64,000 nucleotides of DNA from an uncultured Acidobacteriota bacterium (GTDB lineage Bacteria; Acidobacteriota; Thermoanaerobaculia; Multivoradales; UBA5704): contig CAVXIV010000003.1 in assembly GCA_963761805.1 (NCBI GenBank), forward strand, positions 89,627 to 153,626, in the 5' to 3' direction. Position numbers and translations under genes: made by a program. Under the pieces are notes generated by a model. That model worked only from the letters and a program-made list of their open reading frames with translations, was not told the DNA's origin and searched no databases. Of the stretch, positions 8,933 to 16,334 are shown piece by piece (within the stretch, counting starts at the first letter, position 1; each line of letters begins with the position of its first letter).

Positions 8933-9125
8933 GCCTGAATGGGAGGGCGACGGTGTTCAGGCGGATGTGCCGGCCGGGGGCGGCGCGCCCTTCGAAGAGA
9001 CGCCTCGCCGTCCCCATGGCCTCCGCGAGGTGTCGTTGATCGTCTGAGGCGTCTCTACGGCCCTTCGGTGGAGGGGGGAGGTCATCGGATCGTTCTACGG
9101 CTCGGACCTCCTGTAGCATTCCTCC

Positions 9126-9878
9126 ATGCTCTGCCCCAAATGCCAGTTCGAGCAGGCGGACGGACCGGAGTGCGTCCGGTGCGGGGTGCTGTTCAGCCGG
9201 GTGGCCGAGGCGCAGGCGGCCGGCGGACGGATGTACAGGCCGGCGCCGGTCCGGGAAGAGCCGGAACCCACGGCGGCGGAAGAGTGGAAGGCGCTTTTGT
9301 TGGAGGAGGAAGACGCGCGGACCGATCCGGTGCGGTTCTGGGGACGGACGGCTCTCTACGCCATCCTCTTCCTGTGGAGCTGGCGGTTCCTGACGTCCTC
9401 GGTGGCGGAGAACTACGTGGGGGAGTCGTTCCTGCACTGGATCAACCTGCCGTTCCACGAGGCCGGCCACGTGCTGTTCGGGTTCCTCGGCGACTTCGTG
9501 CGGGCGCTGGGCGGGACGCTGGGGCAGCTCCTCATCCCGGCCATCTGCCTGGGGACGTTCCTGCTCAAGAACCGCGATCCGTTCGGCGCTTCGGTGGCGC
9601 TGTGGTGGCTGGCCGAGAACTTCATGGACATCGCTCCCTATATCGCCGACGCCCGGTCGGGACAGTTGCTACTTCTCGGCGGCGTCACCGGCCGGGACGT
9701 GCCCGGCTACCACGATTGGGAGAACGTGCTGGGGGACCTGAACCTCCTCCAGTACGACCAGACGCTGGGCGGTCTGTCGTACGCCTGCGGCCGGCTCCTG
9801 ATGCTCGCCGCCCTGGCCTGGGGCGGGTGGCTGCTGGTGCGCGAGCGGCGCCGTCTTGTGTCCAAGGAAAGCCTTTGA
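9126..9878 (+). CDS. zinc-ribbon membrane protein with an HExxH motif, putative membrane metalloprotease-like
   Basis: 250-aa ORF with an N-terminal CPKC..CVRCG ribbon, several TM helices, and HEAGH within LPFHEAGHVLFGF. Confidence 0.65.
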   Translation: MLCPKCQFEQADGPECVRCGVLFSRVAEAQAAGGRMYRPAPVREEPEPTAAEEWKALLLEEEDARTDPVRFWGRTALYAILFLWSWRFLTSSVAENYVGESFLHWINLPFHEAGHVLFGFLGDFVRALGGTLGQLLIPAICLGTFLLKNRDPFGASVALWWLAENFMDIAPYIADARSGQLLLLGGVTGRDVPGYHDWENVLGDLNLLQYDQTLGGLSYACGRLLMLAALAWGGWLLVRERRRLVSKESL

Positions 9879-10069
9879 AGAAGCTACTTCCGGACGCCCG
9901 TAGCGCCCGGGCGGTACACTGAACAGCACAGAAAAACTTGCAGTTTCGCTCGGACCGCTGATTTCACGCCTCTGCGCACGCTCTTCTAGAACGCTGCGGG
10001 ATGGGCTACGATACGGGCCGCGTCGCGTTTCTACCCATCTTTTACAAGGAGAGTCGAGGTCACACCGAT

Positions 10070-11545
10070 ATGACGGATGTCGTCCAGAAGTTCTGGGGGT
10101 TCTGCCACACGCTGCGGCATGACGGCATCGATTACGGCGATTACATCGAGCAGATCACATATCTGCTCTTCCTCAAGATGGCGGACGAGCGGAGCATCGA
10201 TCTGAGCCGGATGTCGGTGCCGGAGGAAGGGGAGGCGGTCATCGATTGCTCATGGCCGGCGCTGGCGGCGGAGTCGGGTGCGAAGCTGACGGCGCACTAC
10301 GCCGGCGTGCTGCGGACGCTGGGACGCCAGCCGGGTCTGCTGCGAGAGATCTTCGCGGGCGCGTTGTCGCGCTTCAACAATCCCGCGAATCTGAAGCGTC
10401 TGATCGATCTGATCGATGAGACGGAGTGGAGCGCGCTGGAGATCGACCTCAAGGCCGCCGTCTTCGAAGGCCTGCTGGAGAAGGCCGCGAGCGAAGGGAA
10501 GAAGGGCGCCGGGCAGTACTTCACGCCGCGCCGCCTGATCCAGAGCATCGTGCGCTGCGTGCAGCCGGACCCGCGCGGGGAAGCGGACTTCACGATCTGC
10601 GATCCGGCGTGCGGCACCGGCGGTTTCCTGGTGGTGGCCTACGAATGGCTGCTGGCCGCGAGCCGCGAGGACTCCCCCGGTCCCGAGGTGCTGGAGAAGG
10701 TGCGGCGCGGCACGTACTACGGCCAGGAGCTGGTGCCCCGGCCGCGGCGGCTGGCGCTCATGAACCTGTTCCTGCACGGCCTCGAGCCGGAGATCAAGCA
10801 GGGCGATTCGATCTACGACCTGCCGGAAGACCACAGGTTCGACGTGGTGCTGACCAATCCGCCGTTCGGCAACAAGGGCGCGAACCAGGTGCCGGACCGC
10901 GAGGACCTGATCGTCAAGACGTCCAACAAGCAGCTCAATTTCCTGCAGCACGTGGTGACGATGCTGAAGCCGGGCGGCCGCGCGGCGGTGATCGTTCCGG
11001 ACAACTGCCTTTTCGCCGATCAGGCCGGCGAGGTGTTCAAGCTGTTGACGCAGGAGTGCGATCTCCACACGGTGCTGCGGCTGCCCAACGGCACGTTCAC
11101 TCCGTACAGCGCCGGGACCAAGACGAACGTGGTCTTCTTCAAGAAAGGCGCGCCGACGGAGACCGTCTGGGTTTACGACGCGCGCACCAACGTGCCACGG
11201 ATCACCAAAAAGGACCGGCCGCTGACGCAGTCGCATCTCGCCGCGTTCGAGGTCTGCTACGGCATCGACCCGAACGGCAAGTCGCGGCGCTCGCCGGCCG
11301 ATTCGCTGGAGGAGCGCTGGCGGTCGTTTTCGATCGCCGAGGTCCGCGCCCGCGATTTCAAGATCGACGGTCTGAAGTGGCTCAAGGAAGAGTCACGCGA
11401 CGATGATCTGCCGGAACCCGAGGAGCTCGCGGAGGATGCCATCAATGAATTGGAGCGCGCAGTGGACGAATTGACGGCTGTGCTCGACTTGCTGGCGGAT
11501 GACGTAGAGCCGAGGCGCCCGCGCGTCCTCCCGGGTGGCGCGTGA
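10070..11545 (+). CDS. hsdM: Type I restriction-modification system DNA methyltransferase subunit
   Basis: The N-terminus MTDVVQKFWGFCHTLRHDGIDYGDYIEQITYLLFLKMADE parallels the EcoKI HsdM start. SAM motif I is DPACGTGGFL and catalytic motif IV is NPPFG. An alternative upstream start exists at 10001. Confidence 0.9.
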   Translation: MTDVVQKFWGFCHTLRHDGIDYGDYIEQITYLLFLKMADERSIDLSRMSVPEEGEAVIDCSWPALAAESGAKLTAHYAGVLRTLGRQPGLLREIFAGALSRFNNPANLKRLIDLIDETEWSALEIDLKAAVFEGLLEKAASEGKKGAGQYFTPRRLIQSIVRCVQPDPRGEADFTICDPACGTGGFLVVAYEWLLAASREDSPGPEVLEKVRRGTYYGQELVPRPRRLALMNLFLHGLEPEIKQGDSIYDLPEDHRFDVVLTNPPFGNKGANQVPDREDLIVKTSNKQLNFLQHVVTMLKPGGRAAVIVPDNCLFADQAGEVFKLLTQECDLHTVLRLPNGTFTPYSAGTKTNVVFFKKGAPTETVWVYDARTNVPRITKKDRPLTQSHLAAFEVCYGIDPNGKSRRSPADSLEERWRSFSIAEVRARDFKIDGLKWLKEESRDDDLPEPEELAEDAINELERAVDELTAVLDLLADDVEPRRPRVLPGGA

Positions 11546-13671
11546 GCACGGCGTTTTCCGATTGGGAGCTCGGACGCCGCGAAGGCGAGCTTCCCGACGG
11601 CTGGGCGACGACGACGCTCGGCGACATCGTCGTCCATCGCATCGGCGGCGAGTGGGGCGAGAGCCCGGAAACGGTGGCGGCGGACGATCCGGAGTACGTC
11701 CGGGTGCGCGTGATCCGCGGCACGCAGTTCCGGGACTGGGAGCGCGACAAGGGCTCGACGGCGGACGTGCGGGCGGTCAAGCGGTCGAAGCTGGCGAAGC
11801 GCCTGCTGGTCGAAGGGGACTTGGTGGTGGAGATCTCCGGCGGCGGGGCCAGCCAGCCGGTGGGCCGCACGTTGCTGATCGACGAGGAAGCGCTCCGCCG
11901 CGCCGGCATGCCGCTGATCTGCAGCAACTTCTGCCGTCTGGTGAGACTCCACCGCGAGGTCGATCCCGCGTACGTCCACCTGGTCCTTACGTTCCAGTAC
12001 CTGTGCGGCCGGTTCGACGAGTTGCAGACGCAGACGACGAACATCCGCAACCTGAATTTCGACGATTTCCTGGCGAACGTGATCCTGCCGTTGCCGCCGC
12101 TGGCGGAGCAGCGGCGGATCGTCGCGAAAGTCCGCAAGCTCCAGAAACCGGTGGGCACGGCTCGCAAGTGCCTCGCGAAGATGCCGGAGATCCTGCGGCG
12201 CTTCCGCCAGTCGGTGCTCGCCGCGGCGTTCGCGGGCCGGCTGACGGAGAGCTGGCGCGAAGGGCGCCCGCCGGCCGAGTCCCTGGAGGAGAAGCTGCGG
12301 CTGGCGTTCAAGACGCGCCGCGAGGCGTGGGAGATGGCGCGCGAGGAGGCGGAGGCTTTCGACCGCCGGGCGCCGCGCCGGCCGAAGAACCTGGAGCCCA
12401 CGCCGTGGGAGGCGCCGGAGCCGCTGGAGGAGCCGAAGACGCCGGACGGCTGGCTCCTCGTGGCGCTGCACGACGTGGTGCATCGCGCCCAGTACGGACT
12501 CTCCACCAAGGCGGACGCCAACGAGAAGACCGGTATCGCGATCCTGCGCATGGCGAACATCCAGGACGGCCGGATCGACACCTCGGATCTCAAATACATC
12601 CGGCGCAAGGGCCTGGACGTCCAGGGCTACATGGTGCGGCAGGGGGACATCCTGTTCAACCGCACGAACAGCCCGGAGCTGGTGGGCAAGGCCGCGGTGT
12701 TCGACGCCAGCCTCGAGGCGGTGTTCGCTTCCTACGTGGTGCGCGTGGAGTGCGACGAGCGGCTGATCGACAGCCGGTACCTGTGCTGGTGGATCAATTC
12801 GCCGTGGGGCCGGCGGTGGGCGCGCACGGTGCGCACGGAGAGCGTCAGCCAGTCGAACATCAACATTTCGCGGCTGGTGACGATGCCAGTGCCGTTCCCG
12901 CCCCTGGAGGAGCAGCGGCGGATCGTGGAGCGCATCGAGGCGTTTTTCGCCGACGCCGCGAGCGTCGAGGCGAAGGTGGCCTCGTCGGCGGAGCGGGCGG
13001 AGAAGCTGTGGATGACGATCCTGGTGCGGGCGCTGCGCGGTGAGCTGGTGCCGAACGAGGCGGAGATCTCCGGTCCCGAGGGCGGAGGCTTCGAGCCGGC
13101 GGCGGACCTGTTGGACCGGATCGTCGGGGAGCGGCTGGCTTCGCGGCCCGAGAGGATGGAAGCGGTGAGCCCGGAGGAGGGCGTCGCCGAGCCGATCCTG
13201 GCCGCCATCCGCCAGTCCTGCTGGGGCGCCGGCACGATGACCCGCGAGGAGCTGATCCGGAAGGTGGCGGTGCGGCTGGGCTGCCCGCGCTTCGGCAAGA
13301 GCATCCGGGCCCGGCTGGAGCGCCACGTGGAGGTGGCCCTGGCGCGGCGGATCGTGGAGGTCAAGGACGGCCTGCTGTGCGGCGCCACTCCGACCTTCGC
13401 GCGCTACGACTGGAACTTCCTGGTGCGGACGGTCCGCTCCCTGCTGAAGGACGGGGTGGAGCGCAACACCGGGGAGCTGATCAACGCCATGGCCGCCTAT
13501 CTGGGCTACGGGCAGGTCACCATGCCGATCCGCGAGCGCACGGAGCGGATCCTGACCTGGGCGTCCCAGAACGGGCTGGTGGAGATGCGGGAAGGGAAGG
13601 TCCAGCGCACCCCCGGGCTTCCCCCGGCCCCGCCTTTCCCCAACGATCCGGCGCGGCGGGGGCGGAAGTAG
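11542..13671 (+). CDS. hsdS: Type I restriction-modification specificity subunit with a C-terminal extension of about 200 aa
   Basis: The GTG start overlaps the hsdM stop (GTGA). There are two target-recognition halves, each followed by the conserved helix (LPLPPLAEQRRIVAKVRKL and VPFPPLEEQRRIVERIEAFF). The canonical HsdS ends near aa 505, and an extra helical region follows up to aa 709. Confidence 0.85.
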   Translation: MSTAFSDWELGRREGELPDGWATTTLGDIVVHRIGGEWGESPETVAADDPEYVRVRVIRGTQFRDWERDKGSTADVRAVKRSKLAKRLLVEGDLVVEISGGGASQPVGRTLLIDEEALRRAGMPLICSNFCRLVRLHREVDPAYVHLVLTFQYLCGRFDELQTQTTNIRNLNFDDFLANVILPLPPLAEQRRIVAKVRKLQKPVGTARKCLAKMPEILRRFRQSVLAAAFAGRLTESWREGRPPAESLEEKLRLAFKTRREAWEMAREEAEAFDRRAPRRPKNLEPTPWEAPEPLEEPKTPDGWLLVALHDVVHRAQYGLSTKADANEKTGIAILRMANIQDGRIDTSDLKYIRRKGLDVQGYMVRQGDILFNRTNSPELVGKAAVFDASLEAVFASYVVRVECDERLIDSRYLCWWINSPWGRRWARTVRTESVSQSNINISRLVTMPVPFPPLEEQRRIVERIEAFFADAASVEAKVASSAERAEKLWMTILVRALRGELVPNEAEISGPEGGGFEPAADLLDRIVGERLASRPERMEAVSPEEGVAEPILAAIRQSCWGAGTMTREELIRKVAVRLGCPRFGKSIRARLERHVEVALARRIVEVKDGLLCGATPTFARYDWNFLVRTVRSLLKDGVERNTGELINAMAAYLGYGQVTMPIRERTERILTWASQNGLVEMREGKVQRTPGLPPAPPFPNDPARRGRK

Positions 13672-13840
13672 GCCCTCACCTCCCGGCCTCCTCTCCCGAC
13701 CCCTCCCTCCCACCCACACCGGGAGAGGAGGAGAAGTTAGCCAAGAGAAAGGCACGGGGAAGCTTTCCTGACAAACCTTTCCCCCTCTCCCGGTGTGGGT
13801 GGGAGGGAGGGGTCGGGAGAGGGGGCCAGGGGGTGAGGGC
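13672..13840. repeat. inverted pair of GC-rich REP-like elements (R1/R2), a likely bidirectional terminator hairpin
   Basis: R1 (13672-13733) reads gccctcacctcccggcctcctctcccgacccctccctcccacccacaccgggagagg. R2 (13781-13840) is its reverse complement. The pair lies between the convergent hsdS and GNAT genes. Confidence 0.7.
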
Positions 13841-13852
13841 TCGGGCGGGGGC

Positions 13853-14308
13853 CTACTTCAGCCACTCGAACGTGTCGTAGTGCTCGCGGCTCATGCCGAG
13901 CTTCTCGTAGACCGCCTGCGCGGCGGTGTTCCGCTTGTCCACGTAGAGACGGATGCCCTTGAGATCCGGGTCGGCCTCGACGCGGCGGCGCAGGTGCTCG
14001 TAGAGGACGCGGTAGATCCCGCGGCCCCTCTCCTCGGGGATGACGTAGACGGACTGGATCCAGAGGATGACGCCGTTGCGCCAGTCGCTCCACTCGAAGG
14101 TGGTCATCAGGCAGCCGGCGACGCGGCCGTCGCGCTCGGCCACCCAGTAGGCGGCCTTGCGGGGATCGGCGAAGACGGCTTCGACGCCGGCCGTCACGGT
14201 GGCGAGGTCGAGCTCCAGGCCTTCGGTCTCCCGGGCCATGCGGCGCTGGAAGTCGACGAGGACCGCCGCGTCTTCGGGCCGGGCGGGGCGGACCACGGTA
14301 TCAGCCAA
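13853..14308 (-). CDS. GNAT family N-acetyltransferase
   Basis: 151-aa ORF with an acetyl-CoA binding-type segment IQSVYVIPEERGRGIYRVLYEHL and a GNAT-typical length. Confidence 0.85.
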   Translation of the reverse strand: MADTVVRPARPEDAAVLVDFQRRMARETEGLELDLATVTAGVEAVFADPRKAAYWVAERDGRVAGCLMTTFEWSDWRNGVILWIQSVYVIPEERGRGIYRVLYEHLRRRVEADPDLKGIRLYVDKRNTAAQAVYEKLGMSREHYDTFEWLK

Positions 14309-14567
14309 GGGGGGGCGTGTCCTCCGGGTGCAGAGCGGTCTGGAGACGGGCCTCGACTTCGGGCGCGAGCGGCGGGTCCGGGAGGGCGCGCACGGCCCGG
14401 ATGACGAGGCCGAGGTCGTGGAGCAGGCGGCGGCAGCCCTCGCAGCCGCGCAGATGCTCGCCGATCCGCTGCGAGCGGTCCTGACCCGACCAGCCTTCGA
14501 TGTACTCGGTCAGGTCCGCCAGGACCTCGCCGCAATGCAGGCCGGCGACGACCCGTTCATCGTCCAT
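14301..14567 (-). CDS. zf-HC2 type anti-sigma factor
   Basis: 88-aa ORF overlapping the upstream ECF sigma gene. It has an H-x3-C-x2-C motif (HLRGCEGC) plus an N-terminal HC pair. Confidence 0.7.
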   Translation of the reverse strand: MDDERVVAGLHCGEVLADLTEYIEGWSGQDRSQRIGEHLRGCEGCRRLLHDLGLVIRAVRALPDPPLAPEVEARLQTALHPEDTPPLG

Positions 14568-15126
14568 CGGCCTCTCCTTCCCTCAGCCTGGCGACCAGGC
14601 GCAGGCGGGCCCGGTGGAGGCGTGCCCGCACGGCGGCGTTGGTGAGGCCGGTCACGCGGGCGGCTTCGTCCGGCCCCAGCTTCTCGCGTTCGCGCAGGAT
14701 GAGGGCTTCGCGGTCCTCGGGCGCGAGCGCTGCCAGGGCCGCCTCCAGGCTCCGGGCGTCGACGGGCGGGCTGGCGGCTCCGTTGGGGCTGTTCCAGCCG
14801 GCGGCCCGGGCGAGGTCGCGCAGGGGCGTGGCGTCGGCCTCGCGGTCGCGGGGATGCCTCTGCCGGGCGGCGTTGTGGGCGAAGGCGAGGAGCCAGGAGC
14901 GGGCGGAGGGCTCGTCCCGGAAGCGGCCGGCGGCGCGCCGGGCGGCCTGGAAGGTGTCGCGGAGCACCTCTTCGGCGTCCGCGCCGTCGGGGAGCACGGC
15001 CCGCGCGTAGCGGTAGACCGCCGACTGGTGGCGATTCACCAGGCGATCGAACGCGGCGGCGTCGCCGGCCGTGAAACGGCGGAGCAACGTCTCGTCGCTG
15101 ATCCTCGGGTCGTCTGGATCGACCAT
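14557..15126 (-). CDS. ECF-type RNA polymerase sigma factor
   Basis: 189-aa ORF with a region 2 segment (FDRLVNRHQSAVYRYARAVL) and a region 4 HTH (EAARVTGLTNAAVRARLHRAR). Confidence 0.85.
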   Translation of the reverse strand: MVDPDDPRISDETLLRRFTAGDAAAFDRLVNRHQSAVYRYARAVLPDGADAEEVLRDTFQAARRAAGRFRDEPSARSWLLAFAHNAARQRHPRDREADATPLRDLARAAGWNSPNGAASPPVDARSLEAALAALAPEDREALILREREKLGPDEAARVTGLTNAAVRARLHRARLRLVARLREGEADGR

Positions 15127-15171
15127 GTCCTCCGTTCCTGCTGATTGGGACGGAAGACATCTTACACCGGA

Positions 15172-15232
15172 CCCTCACCCCCGGCCCCCTCTCCCGACCC
15201 CTCCCTCCCACCCACACCGGGAGAGGGGGAGG
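15172..15232. repeat. GC-rich REP-like element (R3), single copy
   Basis: ccctcacccccggccccctctcccgacccctccctcccacccacaccgggagaggggg belongs to the same family as R1. Confidence 0.65.
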
Positions 15233-15241
15233 AAAACCGCC

Positions 15242-16102
15242 TCAGAAAACGATCCGGCGGTAGCGGGCGAGCAGGATCGAGTAGGCGCCGAAGGCGATCA
15301 GGCCGAGGGCTACGATCGCGAGGAGCCAAGGGCCGTAGGGCTGGCTGGCGAGCGTCTCCAGCGCGCCGCCGAGGCCGCGGGCCTGGGACGGATCGAAGCG
15401 CAGGGCGGCCTGGACCAGGAACCAGCCGGACATCAGGAAGACGATGCCGCGGGCGATCAGGCCCAGCTTGCCGGTGTTGACCGCGAGGCGCTGCTCGTTG
15501 GCGTCCATCTCCTGAGTCTTGAAATGCTTCCGGAACTTCTCGGTCCAGCCGTTGTGGATCTGGTAGAAGCCCGAAATGATCACCGCCAGGCCGGCCAAGG
15601 CCACCAGCCAGCGGCCGAAGGGCTTGGTCATCAGCTCGGCCGTGAACCCCTGCTGACCGCCGCCCCCGGATCCCGCGCCGCCGGCGCCCGAAGCCATGCG
15701 GAAAGCGGCCAGCGCGAGACCGCCGTAGATCAGGCCGGAAGCGATCATGGCGCCGCGCTGGACCAGGCCCTTGGGATCGTGCCCCTTGTTCTCGGGGTCG
15801 AGGGCGCCCTGGAGGATCCTCCAGATGGCGTAGCCGAGCAGGCCGATGGCGAGCAGCCAGAGGAGCGCCGTGCTCTGCCGGGCGACGGTCTGGAGGGCGC
15901 CTTCGGTGTCGGTGACCTGTCCCCGGTTGCCGAAGGCCGCCTGCACCGCGAGAAGACCGACGATCGCGTAGACGGCCCCGCGCGCGGCATAGCCGAAACG
16001 GGCCAGCCACTCGATCCAGGGGCCGCGAACCGCGGCGCGCCCGGTGGCTTCCACCTGGCGCCCCGCGTTGGAAAGTGTGTTGGTTGGGGTAGAGCGTGCC
16101 AT
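15242..16102 (-). CDS. DUF1206-like integral membrane protein
   Basis: Start is taken at ATG 16102, preceded by AGGAGG. There are repeated paired TM helices with ARG(A/I)V(Y/F) motifs (YAARGAVYAIVGLLAV, LIARGIVFLMSGWFLV). The upstream part of ORF 15242..16192 lies in repeat R4. Confidence 0.7.
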   Translation of the reverse strand: MARSTPTNTLSNAGRQVEATGRAAVRGPWIEWLARFGYAARGAVYAIVGLLAVQAAFGNRGQVTDTEGALQTVARQSTALLWLLAIGLLGYAIWRILQGALDPENKGHDPKGLVQRGAMIASGLIYGGLALAAFRMASGAGGAGSGGGGQQGFTAELMTKPFGRWLVALAGLAVIISGFYQIHNGWTEKFRKHFKTQEMDANEQRLAVNTGKLGLIARGIVFLMSGWFLVQAALRFDPSQARGLGGALETLASQPYGPWLLAIVALGLIAFGAYSILLARYRRIVF

Positions 16103-16148
16103 CTCCGTACCTCCTGGGAGGACAGGGATGAGCAAGGGGCGTACCAGG

Positions 16149-16334
16149 GCCCTCACCTCCCCGGCCCTCCTCTCCCGACCCCTCCCTCCCACACCACACC
16201 GGGAGAGGAGGGAGAGGTTAGCGAAAAGAAGCGGCTCCTCGAAGGGCTCCAGGGTTGAGCTTCTCCAATCCCCCTCTCTCCCGGTGGGGGTGGGAGGGAG
16301 GGGTCGGGAGAGAGGGGGCAGGGGGAGTGAGGGC
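16149..16334. repeat. inverted pair of GC-rich REP-like elements (R4/R5)
   Basis: R4 (16149-16218) and R5 (16270-16334) are reverse complements from the same family as R1-R3. They sit immediately after the stop codon of the S9 peptidase gene. Confidence 0.7.

Noticed and set aside
8670-9470. ORFs 8670..9047 (+) and 8787..9470 (-) between the NLR gene and the HExxH membrane protein gene
   Set aside because: They are generated by the MITE-like repeat. The same peptide strings (NGRNL.SPALQRRV) appear from the left copy at 3383..3634, and these ORFs overlap the well-formed gene 9126..9878.
11257-13755. Other long antisense or off-frame ORFs: 11257..13755, 16044..18356, 20521..23136, 25594..27447, 27444..29732, 45025..46584, 49695..51479, 53214..55166, 58719..61469, 59198..62008, 61840..63516
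   Set aside because: Each overlaps an ORF with clear domain signatures on the other strand or in another frame. Each shows the Arg/Pro/Gly/Ala bias of non-coding frames in 70% GC DNA.
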